Counted from the stretch's first letter, positions 25,614 to 35,467 are shown. The stretch: DNA of 64,000 nt from Patescibacteria group bacterium (GCA_049274945.1 JBASTP010000002.1:81216-145215); one strand, 5' to 3'. Made by a program: numbers and translations. The notes: a model not told the origin generated them from the sequence alone.

Positions 25614-26582
25614 TCACCACTGCCCAACGTACTCAATTTCTTCCTCGAGCACCTCGCCGGTTTTCTCACGCACCAGGGTGCGGATTCGTTCGGTAAGATC
25701 GCGAATATCAGAGCCACGAGCAGTACCAAGGTTCACAATCCAGTTAGCGTTCTTTGGCGAGAGTGCTGCCCCGCCCACCCTGAGCCGGTGGGCACCCGCC
25801 GCCCGAATCAAGTAGTTAGCGGTTTTCTTAATAAACTCGTCACTCTCAGTAAGCCCAGAGGGCCGACCCGCGGGATTTTTGAAAATTGAACCGGAGACCG
25901 TTTCTCCCTGTGGCTGCCGCTGCCGCCGCTTGCTATGCATCTCGCCGATTTTTCCGAGAATATCTTCGCGCTTGAACCGCTGAAACTGAACGGTAACCGT
26001 CAGAATAATGGGTTTTGGTTTACCTTCTTTGGCGAGTTGCTTAACCCTGCTCATCCGGTAGTCAAACGCGAACCAGGCATGATCAACTTGCTTAATGGTG
26101 CCATCGGGTAAAAGGAGGGTGGCCCCGCGCACGAAATCACCAATCATGCCGCCATACGCACCAGCGTTGCCGTAGACCGCACCGCCAATCGTGCCAGGAA
26201 TGGTGGCAAGGAACTCAAGACCACCGAGGTTACGCGCCGCCGCTTCCATAACCAGGCGAGCGCCGGGCACCCCGGCGTCAACGATGGCTTGCGACTTTTC
26301 GACCATCAAAGAAATATTTTTGGTTCGATTGTGGATTACGAGACCCGGAAAACCAAAATCCGAAAAAATGATGTTAGCGCCGCCACCCACTAAAAAGTAG
26401 GGCACGTTCGCTTGGGTTGCGAACGTAGCGGCCTCAATAATTTCCGCGCTGGTGTCGGCTTCAACATAAAAATCAGCCACGCCACCCAGGTGCATGGTGG
26501 TGTGCTCTGCCATCACTTCGTGTTCGCTAAAACGATCCCCAAACCGCTCCTTCATGGCGTCGGTGAATTGCGCGATAGTCAT
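25614..26582 (-). CDS. murB: UDP-N-acetylenolpyruvoylglucosamine reductase
   Basis: FAD-binding N-terminal domain (HTTMHLGGVADFYVEA) and a MurB C-terminal domain. Confidence 0.85.
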   Translation of the reverse strand: MTIAQFTDAMKERFGDRFSEHEVMAEHTTMHLGGVADFYVEADTSAEIIEAATFATQANVPYFLVGGGANIIFSDFGFPGLVIHNRTKNISLMVEKSQAIVDAGVPGARLVMEAAARNLGGLEFLATIPGTIGGAVYGNAGAYGGMIGDFVRGATLLLPDGTIKQVDHAWFAFDYRMSRVKQLAKEGKPKPIILTVTVQFQRFKREDILGKIGEMHSKRRQRQPQGETVSGSIFKNPAGRPSGLTESDEFIKKTANYLIRAAGAHRLRVGGAALSPKNANWIVNLGTARGSDIRDLTERIRTLVREKTGEVLEEEIEYVGQW

Positions 26583-27844
26583 AGCAGTCCTCTCCCCACT
26601 TCATTGATGTTCGTTGCCCCAACGGTAACCACGATATCGCCTGGTTTGATAATTCGCTTGAGACGGCTGACGATTGCGCCATAGTCTCCGTAGAATTCGG
26701 CTGATTTTCCAACTGCCCGGGCAAGGTCCTCGGAGGTTACCGAAACCGACTCGTCCCGACCTACCACTTGGTAGACTGGCGCAAGCAGCACCAGATCGGG
26801 TTGCCGTAATACTGCAACAAATTTATCAAAGAGGAGTTTGGTACGGCTCGCTTGATGGGGCTGGAATACCGCGATGAGCCGCACCTTAGGATACAACTCT
26901 CGCAGTGTTTTGAATACCACGGCAAGCTCGGCAGGGTGGTGGCCATAGTCGTCGTACACGGTCACCCCGCCACTTACCCCAAGCCGCTCGAGCCGGCGGC
27001 CTACCCCTTTAAAGTTATTGAGCGCGGTTTTGATAATCTGGGCTGGGATACCTAATTCATGGGCTAGGTGGGCTGCCAGCGTCGCGGCTAGGATGTTGTG
27101 TTCGCCGGGAACTTTGAGATGCACCCCGGGCCAAGGTTCTTTTGCGCTGACCGCTTTGACCTTACACTTGGCAGATTTAACTACTGCCCTAAGATTTTTA
27201 TCATCGCCGTTAATCACCAACACGCCATTACCGGGGATGAGTTTCACAAAATCGCGGAATACCCGAATGATTTGGGGCAACCCCTTGGGGAACGTATCGA
27301 GGTGCTCTGCATCAATATTGGTAATGATGGCAGCGCGCGGGACAAATTGTAAGAACTGTTTATCATATTCACAAGCTTCTGCCACCACATGACGACCATT
27401 ACCAATGCGATAGCTGGCATTAAACTCCTTGATGACCGCGCCGCTCGCAATGGTAGGGTCTACACCTGCCTCAACTAAAATCATCCCAAGCATCGCCGTA
27501 GTGGTAGACTTGCCGTGCGCCCCGGCAATTGCGACGCCAAGCTTGCCTGCTTCGGCCATGAGCCTACCAATCACCCAGGCGCGAGTTTTTATGGGAATGT
27601 TCAATTCCTGGGCCTTGGCTACTTCTTTGAATCCAGGTGATTGAGGGGTAATTGCTTGCGAGATCACTACTAAATCGAGTCCGCCGGCTGGCGGATTGGT
27701 GATGTGTTTGGGATCATGACCATCGGTCGCAAAATCACAACCACTAACGGCGAGCCCCCTGGCTTCTAATACCTTTGCCAACCCACCCATCGAAACCCCG
27801 TTAAGGCCGATCATGTGGACGCTTTTTATATCGTCGAGTTCCAT
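26579..27844 (-). CDS. murC: UDP-N-acetylmuramate--L-alanine ligase
   Basis: GAHGKSTTTAML P-loop and the Mur ligase three-domain layout. 4-nt overlap with murB. Confidence 0.9.
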   Translation of the reverse strand: MELDDIKSVHMIGLNGVSMGGLAKVLEARGLAVSGCDFATDGHDPKHITNPPAGGLDLVVISQAITPQSPGFKEVAKAQELNIPIKTRAWVIGRLMAEAGKLGVAIAGAHGKSTTTAMLGMILVEAGVDPTIASGAVIKEFNASYRIGNGRHVVAEACEYDKQFLQFVPRAAIITNIDAEHLDTFPKGLPQIIRVFRDFVKLIPGNGVLVINGDDKNLRAVVKSAKCKVKAVSAKEPWPGVHLKVPGEHNILAATLAAHLAHELGIPAQIIKTALNNFKGVGRRLERLGVSGGVTVYDDYGHHPAELAVVFKTLRELYPKVRLIAVFQPHQASRTKLLFDKFVAVLRQPDLVLLAPVYQVVGRDESVSVTSEDLARAVGKSAEFYGDYGAIVSRLKRIIKPGDIVVTVGATNINEVGRGLL

Positions 27845-27855
27845 GCGAGGCTATT

Positions 27856-28977
27856 CTAGCGTTTTTTTCGCAGAATTTCAAGGATAATCTGAGCGATGTG
27901 ACTTGCCGCATCGGGCTTGCCAAGGAGCGACATCTTGTTGGCCATTGCCCCGAGACGGAACTCGGAGCTCAGTAATTTTTTAAGGGTGTCAGCCAATTCC
28001 TCAACCGATACTTGGTGATCATCAATCATCAGCCCTCCTCCGGCGTGCGCGAAGATTTCGGCATTTTTGAGTTGGTGGCCAGAAGCGGCTGACCGAAGTG
28101 GCAGCAATATGGCTGGCTTACTCGCTGCGGCAAGCTCCGCGAGCGTTGAGGCGCCAGCACGAGACAGCACGAGATCAGATGCCACGAGCGCCTGGGGAAA
28201 CTCGCGTTTAAGAAAACTAACCACATGGTAGCGTTTGCGCTCATAAAGGGGAAGTTTTGCGCGAATCCGAGCAAGCCACTCGAGATCGTGTACCCCGGAA
28301 ATATGGATTATCTGGAACTCCTGAAGTAATTTCCCGGCAATCCGCGAAATAAGATGATTAATACGATGGGCACCCTGGGAGCCGCCCATCACAAGGAGCG
28401 TTTTATTGCGTGGATCAAAACCGATTTCCTTAAGATAGTTTTTGGCTGGCCGCAAAAATTCGCTCCGGACGGGAATACCGGTGTAGATAAGTTTTTTAGC
28501 GAACGGCACATTGCCCGGCTGCCGGCCGGACAGGTAGAACTTTTTTGGAAACCCAACCATTACAAACAGGGCGTGACGAGCAGCGATTCGATTAGCAAGG
28601 CCAAACACCGCATCCGACTCGTGCACAAGAATCGGTATCCCCAGCCCTTTGGCGGCAAGCACCACTGGCAGACTAACATAGCCACCCTTGGCGAGCACGA
28701 GGTCGGGCTTGAAACGGCGCAGCAGGTCCCGTGCCTTGAGATAACCGGCAACTACCCGGAATGGGTCAAATAGATTTTGAAGATCAACATAGCGCCGCAG
28801 TTTACCGACCGGAATCGCCTCAAACGGCACTACGCCGGCCGTTAGATCGCGCTCGATAGCCTTCGAACCAATATAGAGAAAGCGGCAGTCGGCCCGCTTA
28901 CGCAGCTCCTGGGCAACAACCAGGAGGGGCCAGACATGGCCTGCGGTGCCGCCGCCAGTTAAAACGATTTTATGCAT
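27856..28977 (-). CDS. murG: Undecaprenyldiphospho-muramoylpentapeptide beta-N-acetylglucosaminyltransferase
   Basis: MHKIVLTGGGTAGHVWP... GT28 N- and C-terminal domains. Confidence 0.85.
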   Translation of the reverse strand: MHKIVLTGGGTAGHVWPLLVVAQELRKRADCRFLYIGSKAIERDLTAGVVPFEAIPVGKLRRYVDLQNLFDPFRVVAGYLKARDLLRRFKPDLVLAKGGYVSLPVVLAAKGLGIPILVHESDAVFGLANRIAARHALFVMVGFPKKFYLSGRQPGNVPFAKKLIYTGIPVRSEFLRPAKNYLKEIGFDPRNKTLLVMGGSQGAHRINHLISRIAGKLLQEFQIIHISGVHDLEWLARIRAKLPLYERKRYHVVSFLKREFPQALVASDLVLSRAGASTLAELAAASKPAILLPLRSAASGHQLKNAEIFAHAGGGLMIDDHQVSVEELADTLKKLLSSEFRLGAMANKMSLLGKPDAASHIAQIILEILRKKR

Positions 28978-28985
28978 AAATTAAG

Positions 28986-29085
28986 GTAGTAAAACAACCA
29001 CTGATGTTAATCCACTGATAATCACTGATTGGGCATACCTGATCTGTGTTTATCTGTGGATCAAATATCTGTGGCTGTGATACTT
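28986..29085. repeat. Division/cell-wall cluster junction element B (inverted copy of element C)
   Basis: GGTAGTAAAACAACCACTGATG...TATCTGTGGATCAAATATCTGTGGCTGTGATAC. Its ends are reverse complements of the ends of element C. Confidence 0.7.
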
Positions 29086-29090
29086 CATTA

Positions 29091-30215
29091 TTATGTAACT
29101 GTTCGCTTCGAAATATTAAGTAATATCCCTACCCCAATAAGCAGTGTTACGAGCGCCGATCCGCCATAACTCACAAACGGCAACGGTATCCCGGTAAGCG
29201 GCACAATACCAAGGTTAGCGGCTATGTTAACAAAGCTCTGTCCGGCGACCCAGCTGGCAATACCAACCGCGAGGAGTTTACCAAAATCATCAGGAGCCTT
29301 CCGGGCTATTCGCAAGCCGCGGAGTGCGACAAATATCAGCGCTGCAAGAAGCGGAATTGTCCGTAGAAAGCCAAGTTCTTCTACAATCACCGCAAAAATA
29401 GCATCGGTATGAGCTTGCGGCAAGTAGAGATACTTCTGCCTGGAATTGCCAAATCCCAATCCAAGTAGTCCGCCTGAGCCAATCGCTAAGATGGTTTGGT
29501 TGAACTGATAACCGGAACCAAGCAGATCAGCCGAAGGATTGAGAAATGTCAAAAAACGCTGCCACCGGTAGCTTGAAAATCGGATCAGCACGAAAAACAG
29601 AGCGAGCGCACTAAGACCCCCACCTAACAAGTGGATGGTCCGGGCACCGGCGGCCCAAAACATTGAGGCGGCGATCAAACTAATCACAATCACGGTGCCG
29701 AGATCAGGCTGTTTTACGATGAGTCCAACAAGCAGCAGTAAAAGGAGTGAAAACGGGAACAACCCTGATTCTACATTCCTGATTGCCTCACCGCGACGCT
29801 CAAGCCAGGCCGCCAAGTAAATCACAAAGGTAAGTTTTACAAGCTCAGAGGGCTGAAGTAGCACCGGACCAAGGTTGATCCAGCGGCTCGCGCCGGAGAG
29901 TTTCAAGCCGATCCCGGGAATGAACACCAGGACAAGCAAAACAATTGAAATCCCCATAAGCGGACTCGCAATCTTGCGCCAAAATCGGTAGTCAATGTTT
30001 GCCGAGATGGCCAGCGCCAGCATGCCTACCACTACGGCAATCGCTTGGCGAGTGAGGTAGTACCAATTAGTACCGAAACGCTCAAACGAGATCACCACCG
30101 AGGAAGATGAGATCATTAAAATCCCGAACAGCGTGAGGGCTGTTACGACAAAGAGCAACCAATAATCAAAGCGTGGATAGAAAGCTTGCCGGTAACGACC
30201 GAGAATAGTAGCCAA
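29091..30215 (-). CDS. ftsW: Peptidoglycan glycosyltransferase FtsW (SEDS family)
   Basis: Ten-transmembrane SEDS profile. Positioned between murD and murG. Confidence 0.8.
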   Translation of the reverse strand: MATILGRYRQAFYPRFDYWLLFVVTALTLFGILMISSSSVVISFERFGTNWYYLTRQAIAVVVGMLALAISANIDYRFWRKIASPLMGISIVLLVLVFIPGIGLKLSGASRWINLGPVLLQPSELVKLTFVIYLAAWLERRGEAIRNVESGLFPFSLLLLLLVGLIVKQPDLGTVIVISLIAASMFWAAGARTIHLLGGGLSALALFFVLIRFSSYRWQRFLTFLNPSADLLGSGYQFNQTILAIGSGGLLGLGFGNSRQKYLYLPQAHTDAIFAVIVEELGFLRTIPLLAALIFVALRGLRIARKAPDDFGKLLAVGIASWVAGQSFVNIAANLGIVPLTGIPLPFVSYGGSALVTLLIGVGILLNISKRTVT

Positions 30216-30237
30216 TGAAGTTCCTCCTTAATAAGGA

Positions 30238-30322
30238 AGTATCACGACCACAGATATCTGATCCACTGATTTTCACTGATCTGTGATTATCTGTGGATTG
30301 ACATCAGTGGTTGTTTTACTAC
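30238..30322. repeat. Division/cell-wall cluster junction element C (overlaps the murD stop codon)
   Basis: GTATCACGACCACAGATATCTGATCCACTGATTTTCACTGATCTGTGATTATCTGTGGATTGACATCAGTGGTTGTTTTACTACC. Confidence 0.7.
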
Positions 30323-31623
30323 CTTCTTATCGATTCTAGCACAAGCTCTTTGAATCGCCGACCTCGCTCTTCCAAATTCCCGAATTGATCGTAGGAAGCG
30401 GCAGCTGGTGATAGGAGCACAATGTTGCCAGGGTTTGCCGATGACGTTGCAATTTCCATCGCCTGATCAAGCCCACCAGCGTGAATTGACCCTGGAATCA
30501 ATTTGTGGAGCACCCTACCGGTTTGGCCAATCAAAATTACCTGGCTCGTTCGCTCCTTGATTGGCCTCAGCAGCGGTTTTAGGTTGATTTTCTTGTCATA
30601 CCCGCCGGCGATCAAGATCACCGGCTTGCTAAACGAGCTGAGGGCGGCAATGGTGGCTTCGGGAGTGGTGGCGGCAGAGTCGTTGTAGAACTTTACGCCG
30701 TCGCGCTCGCCGACATATTCGAGAACGTGCTCAACACCCGGAAAAGTAGCTAGGGCCTGGTAGCTAGTAGCTAGCGACACACCGAAGAGTCGGCCGACTT
30801 CGGCAGCGAGGGTGGCGTTCATCAAATTATGTTCTCCCGGAACCCTTAGGGTTAACTGTTTGAGCGGCCGCTGTACCTTAACTAGGCTTGCCCGCGCGCC
30901 TTTGGCAATCTTTTGGACGTTTTTGTCGCGCCAGTTGAGCACCGCGAAGTCATCGCGTTTTTGAAATCTCACAATATTACACTTCGCATCCAGGTAGGCG
31001 CGCATCGTGTTGTGCCAATCCAGGTGGTCGGGCGTAATGTTCACGACTACCGAAATATTGGGTGATTTTTTGATAATCGGCAGCCAGGCAAGTTGGAACG
31101 ATGAAAGCTCGAGCACCACAAGGTCACTCGGTTTAATCTTATCTAGTTCCGAAAGTAACGATTTGCCAATATTGCCACCGAGCCAAATGTTTGAGTCTTT
31201 GAGTCTTTGAGTCTTTGAGTGTTTGAGCAGTGCAAAAATCATTCGCGCAACCGTTTCTTTGCCATTAGTCCCAGTTACCCCAATAATTTTTGCCGGGCAC
31301 CGTTCCATAAAAAGGTTGATTTCAGTTGTCATGGGGATACGCCATTTTGAGGCCATCTTGAGATAGGGTGAGTCGGGCTTAACGGCCGGGTTTACCACAA
31401 TAAGGTTGCTTTTTTTCAGCTCGCGGCTATCGTGTTTTCCGAGAATGAAATTGACTTTAAGACCTTTGAGTTTTTTGAGTGATTCTGTAAGTTCATCTGC
31501 GGTTTTGAGGTCAGTTACGGTAACCTGCGCGCCCCGAGCCACAAGCCAGCGGGTCACGCCAATTCCTCCCCCGAACCGCCCCAGCCCCATCACCAACACT
31601 TTTTTGCCTTTTAAATCAGTCAT
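30319..31623 (-). CDS. murD: UDP-N-acetylmuramoylalanine--D-glutamate ligase
   Basis: N-terminal Rossmann (KKVLVMGLGRFGGG), GVTGTNGKETV P-loop. Contains an in-frame 9-nt tandem repeat (CTCAAAGAC x4) at 31188-31230 and a GCTAGTAGCTAG mini-repeat at about 30760. Confidence 0.85.
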   Translation of the reverse strand: MTDLKGKKVLVMGLGRFGGGIGVTRWLVARGAQVTVTDLKTADELTESLKKLKGLKVNFILGKHDSRELKKSNLIVVNPAVKPDSPYLKMASKWRIPMTTEINLFMERCPAKIIGVTGTNGKETVARMIFALLKHSKTQRLKDSNIWLGGNIGKSLLSELDKIKPSDLVVLELSSFQLAWLPIIKKSPNISVVVNITPDHLDWHNTMRAYLDAKCNIVRFQKRDDFAVLNWRDKNVQKIAKGARASLVKVQRPLKQLTLRVPGEHNLMNATLAAEVGRLFGVSLATSYQALATFPGVEHVLEYVGERDGVKFYNDSAATTPEATIAALSSFSKPVILIAGGYDKKINLKPLLRPIKERTSQVILIGQTGRVLHKLIPGSIHAGGLDQAMEIATSSANPGNIVLLSPAAASYDQFGNLEERGRRFKELVLESIRR

Positions 31624-31634
31624 AAGATAAGATT

Positions 31635-32342
31635 TTACGATAATCCGACTACCGATACCATCACCCCGCCGATTTTTTCATGGGTGTGGTGGTAGGACCA
31701 GTAGCTGACGGGAAGCTCTGCGGTACACTTGGCTTGTGAGTCAATGTGCTCTGGCCTGATGCCCGCTTTAACGAGCTGATCAACTACTGCTTTTTTGAGA
31801 TCGATTCCGATCCTCCCCTCTTTCGGAGCCGAATCAGTGGGTAAAAGTTTGACGCGTTCATCTTCAGGTGCAACATCATAGTGCTTGCTGCAAATGAATG
31901 GCCCAAATTTGACGGTAATATTTGCCGGGTCACACTTAAAGTGCTTGACCATCTCGCCCACCATCTTGCCGGACAGTCCGTTTGTGGCACCGCGCCAGCC
32001 CACGTGAGCTACCCCAATCGCAACTGGACTCTCTCTAGTAACCCCTGGGGTTACTAGAGAAGACTCGTCAACAAAAAATAAAGGGATACAATCCGCATGA
32101 TAAACCGCGAGCCACAGATTGGGCGTTTTACTGATTAGGCCGTCGGTGTTTTTGCGCAATTGCGGCCGCTTAACCACGCCAACGCGATCGCCATGCGCCT
32201 GCTGCATGTACACTACCTTATTCGGGTTGACACCACGGCTAGCAAAAAAACGTTGATGGTTTGCATCAACTTGCTCTTTGGCGCCGAACTTATATGACAT
32301 ATTGCCGTCGGCGATCGTTGATGTAAAAATTTGTACTTTCAT
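31635..32342 (-). CDS. pgeF: Peptidoglycan editing factor PgeF/YfiH-like (DUF152)
   Basis: QQAHGDRV...YHADCIPLFFVDE...GVAHVGWRG motifs. Start taken at MKVQIF (32342); the track start at 32369 would lie inside the 34-nt repeat. Confidence 0.65.
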   Translation of the reverse strand: MKVQIFTSTIADGNMSYKFGAKEQVDANHQRFFASRGVNPNKVVYMQQAHGDRVGVVKRPQLRKNTDGLISKTPNLWLAVYHADCIPLFFVDESSLVTPGVTRESPVAIGVAHVGWRGATNGLSGKMVGEMVKHFKCDPANITVKFGPFICSKHYDVAPEDERVKLLPTDSAPKEGRIGIDLKKAVVDQLVKAGIRPEHIDSQAKCTAELPVSYWSYHHTHEKIGGVMVSVVGLS

Positions 32343-32355
32343 CTTATAAAGCGGC

Positions 32356-32389
32356 CTGCGAAGCCCCAATTGCCTAAGAGCGGATCACG
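32356..32389. repeat. 34-nt exact repeat, copy 2
   Basis: Identical to 3250-3283. Lies between the mraY stop and the pgeF start. Confidence 0.7.
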
Positions 32390-32412
32390 GATGGAGCGAA
32401 CTAAGCCGCTAC

Positions 32413-33465
32413 CTAGCCTCGCCCAAACAGCGCGATAAATAACCCAATCACCGCAAACACGGTGCCGGTTACCCAAAAGCGCATCGTCACCTTAGTTTCC
32501 GGCCAGCCGATCGCCTCTAGGTGGTGGTGGAACGGCGCCACAATAAATACCTTTTTATGAAATAGTTTCTTACTAGCAATCTGGATAATTGATGACAGCG
32601 TGTCGATCACAAATACAAAACCAATAATCGGTAGCACCAATGCAGTATTAGTGAGCATGGCAATCACCCCGAGGGTTGCCCCCAGGGCAAGCGAACCGGT
32701 ATCCCCCATAAAAAACCGCGCCGGGTAAATATTGAACCACGTGTAGGCTAGGGTTGCCCCAACCACCGTGCCACAGAAGGCTGCGAGCGCTACCTTGCCT
32801 TGCGAGAGCGCGATCACGGTGAACGCACCGAACACCACCGCCAGCAACCCACCCGCTAAGCCATCGAGGCCATCCGTCAAGTTCACGGCATTGGCTGAAG
32901 ACACAATCACGAGAATAAAGAGGGGCACATACCAAAAACCAATCTCGACATTCGGCGGCAAGCCGAAGAACCGGCCACCGGGAATATGAATCGCCGACCA
33001 ACCGAGCTTGGAATAAAACCACCAGGCACCGAGGGCGGCCAGCGCAATCAGCCAGAGCATTTTGACCCAAAAACTTAGCCCCGCCACACCATTACCATTG
33101 GCGCCCTTTACATTGATCAAATCATCCACCAGCCCGAGGATGCCGAACGCGGCAATCGTGAACGCCGGTAGGTACGTTTCGGCCCGCGACCAGTTGAAAA
33201 CTAGCGTGAGCCCAGCCACCACCAACCAAATCAGCACGCCTGCCATGGTTGGCACCCTTCGCTTGAGCTTATCGGCATGCAGTTTTTGGTAAAACACCGC
33301 CTTCTCGCCGGTAATTGCCCTGACCTTTGGTTTTTTCCAGAGCTTAAAATGGTAGAGCACCCAAGAAAGCACCGGGGTGAGGAGCATCGAAATCACAAAC
33401 CCAGCAACCACCAGGCCAAAAATAAAAATCAGGTCCTGAATTTGGAAAATAATTGTTTCGCTCAT
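32413..33465 (-). CDS. mraY: Phospho-N-acetylmuramoyl-pentapeptide transferase
   Basis: Polytopic membrane protein with MraY DD..D and HHH motifs (VAPFHHHLE). Confidence 0.9.
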   Translation of the reverse strand: MSETIIFQIQDLIFIFGLVVAGFVISMLLTPVLSWVLYHFKLWKKPKVRAITGEKAVFYQKLHADKLKRRVPTMAGVLIWLVVAGLTLVFNWSRAETYLPAFTIAAFGILGLVDDLINVKGANGNGVAGLSFWVKMLWLIALAALGAWWFYSKLGWSAIHIPGGRFFGLPPNVEIGFWYVPLFILVIVSSANAVNLTDGLDGLAGGLLAVVFGAFTVIALSQGKVALAAFCGTVVGATLAYTWFNIYPARFFMGDTGSLALGATLGVIAMLTNTALVLPIIGFVFVIDTLSSIIQIASKKLFHKKVFIVAPFHHHLEAIGWPETKVTMRFWVTGTVFAVIGLFIALFGRG

Positions 33466-33489
33466 GTAATACTCGATTTAATGTAGGGC

Positions 33490-33530
33490 GGCAACCACAG
33501 ATTTATGCCACAGATAACCACAGATTATTT
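33490..33530. repeat. Division/cell-wall cluster junction element D (three direct CCACAGAT repeats, overlaps the murF stop codon)
   Basis: GCAACCACAGATTTATGCCACAGATAACCACAGATTATTTC; spacings of 14 and 10 bp. Confidence 0.65.
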
Positions 33531-34751
33531 CACCAAAGCGTCGACAATCTCCTTGAACCCCATTCCATGCGACGCTTTTACGAGTATTGTATCCCCTTTA
33601 CGAACCTGTTGCAACAGAAAATCGGTTGCGCCATGTTTATCATCGAAATGTTTCCCACCCATCAGTTTAGCCAACGGGCCTACGGTGATGACAAGATCAG
33701 CGGATTGCCGGGCGGTTGCCCCTACCGCTTGGTGCGCCTGCCGGGCGGCGGAGCCAAGTTCAAACATGTCGCCAAGTACGGCAATGGTCCTGCCTTTTAT
33801 CTTTGCGAGCTCACCGAGCGCCAGGTCCATTGATACTGGATTGGCGTTGTAACTTGAATCAATGATCGTGCTGCCATGTTTGCCCCTAAGAGTATTAAAA
33901 CGACCCTGGGGCGGCTCGAACGACTTGATCACACGGTTGATGGTGGCAGCCCGCACCCCAAAGTAGCGGCCAACTGCCCGCGCCGCCCCGTCGTTAAACT
34001 TAAAACCTTGAGCTTTGATCCACACTGTTTTGGAAGATGTCCGGTCGCCCATTTTCCGCACCAAGGGATCATTGCCATTGAGTACCGCCAGGCCGTCTTG
34101 CGGCAGCGCAGCCACAATTTCGCCCTTCTCTTTAGCAATCTGGGCTCGTTTTCTGAAGAATTCGAGATGAGCGTCGCCCACATTAGTAACCACGGCAACA
34201 GTTGGTTTGACAAATGACAGGAGAAATTTGAAATCCCCGGGCATATCGGCGGCAAACTCGAGAACCCAGAGCTTGGGGTAGCTAGTAGCTAGCAACCAGT
34301 AGCTAGTAGCTAAGAAGGCCTTCAGGAGCCACCAGGGCCACTGCCAGAGACTAGGGCCGAGGTTTGGCCAATCGGGTTTAAACCCCAGGAGAGCAATGGG
34401 GATACCGGTTTTTGTAGAGAGTGAACCTGGACTGACCGCCACCCGATGGTGGTATTTCTGTTTAAGTACCTGGTAGATCAAAAATTTCAGGGTTGTTTTA
34501 CCAGCCGAACCTGTTACGACGACGAATTGTGGCCGGTGACGAGCGATCACCAGTGCAACGAGCAGCTTGAGATAGTTCTTGACAAAAAAGAGACCAAGAG
34601 TTCGCATAGATTGATTATACCTGTTAAAACGAGCTAAAGCAATCATCCAAGAATATTTTGTGATATACTGGATCAAAGCGATTGACAGTTTAATAATCCT
34701 GTGGTAAGATACCATCGCCTGGAATGGCCTTGAAAACCGAGCTTGAATCAC
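33525..34751 (-). CDS. murF: UDP-MurNAc-pentapeptide synthetase MurF-like Mur ligase
   Basis: VVVTGSAGKTTL P-loop. Position upstream of mraY. Short (408 aa). Contains two in-frame LLATSY repeats encoded by GTAGCTAGTAGCTA. Confidence 0.7.
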   Translation of the reverse strand: MIQARFSRPFQAMVSYHRIIKLSIALIQYITKYSWMIALARFNRYNQSMRTLGLFFVKNYLKLLVALVIARHRPQFVVVTGSAGKTTLKFLIYQVLKQKYHHRVAVSPGSLSTKTGIPIALLGFKPDWPNLGPSLWQWPWWLLKAFLATSYWLLATSYPKLWVLEFAADMPGDFKFLLSFVKPTVAVVTNVGDAHLEFFRKRAQIAKEKGEIVAALPQDGLAVLNGNDPLVRKMGDRTSSKTVWIKAQGFKFNDGAARAVGRYFGVRAATINRVIKSFEPPQGRFNTLRGKHGSTIIDSSYNANPVSMDLALGELAKIKGRTIAVLGDMFELGSAARQAHQAVGATARQSADLVITVGPLAKLMGGKHFDDKHGATDFLLQQVRKGDTILVKASHGMGFKEIVDALVK

Positions 34752-34765
34752 AACCTGAACGGCAA

Positions 34766-35467
34766 ATGCTGTCTGAAGAACGGGTTCTGAAGGCAGTGGA
34801 AACAGGGCAAAATGGGCCCCGCTTCAACTTCAAGAAATACCTTGAGGGTTTTTACAAAGGTTTTGCCCCGGACGCTCACGGCAGGTGGCCGACGGTTGGC
34901 AACGACAGTCATACAACAATCGCTGAACTCAACCAGCGAGCCTTTGATGACTGGCAATATGTTGAGAAAAACCAACCCCGGTTTGGGAACACCATCAAGG
35001 GTTGGGCGGCAGAGTGGCTGATTCTGAAATCGCTCGCTGAGCGGTACGATGGCGGTTTGAAATTCGAAAAAGGCACCGACCCGCTCACCGAAGCAAAGGG
35101 CGAAGATCTGAGGATGGAACTGCCCTTTAAAAATGAAAAACATTGGTTCCGCTTCGATATCACGGTCTCGGATGAAACGCAACTCCACGCCAAGCAAGAC
35201 CGCGCCGCAGCCGAAGCGAAATATCGCACCGAGCCACTTGAGACAATCGTGCCGTTGCCGGTTGGCAAATTGACGAAGGACCGTGAGCGGTTCATCCAAC
35301 TCCAACACTACCCTAGCCTCCGAACCGCGTTTGCCGAAACCTTGGTTGAGCAGTACATTCCCGCGCTGCTCGTTGAAAACCTCGGACCGCAGCTTCAAGC
35401 TCGGGGACTCAATGCCAAAGAGATTAGCAACCGAGCGCGCCTCATTCCCCATCCTGCGAGGAGGTGA
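34766..35467 (+). CDS. Hypothetical protein (about 233 aa)
   Basis: Protein-like composition, whereas the fully overlapping antisense ORF (34748-35470, minus) is F/R/L/C-rich. Start moved to ATG 34766 to clear murF. Confidence 0.5.
   Translation: MLSEERVLKAVETGQNGPRFNFKKYLEGFYKGFAPDAHGRWPTVGNDSHTTIAELNQRAFDDWQYVEKNQPRFGNTIKGWAAEWLILKSLAERYDGGLKFEKGTDPLTEAKGEDLRMELPFKNEKHWFRFDITVSDETQLHAKQDRAAAEAKYRTEPLETIVPLPVGKLTKDRERFIQLQHYPSLRTAFAETLVEQYIPALLVENLGPQLQARGLNAKEISNRARLIPHPARR

Noticed and set aside
21524-33530. Division/cell-wall junction elements considered as clustered DnaA boxes marking a replication origin
   Set aside because: Most copies match TTATCCACA at only 7-8 of 9 positions. There is no dnaA or dnaN nearby, and the elements sit between co-directional cell-wall genes. 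MraZ-box or REP-like explanations are favoured.
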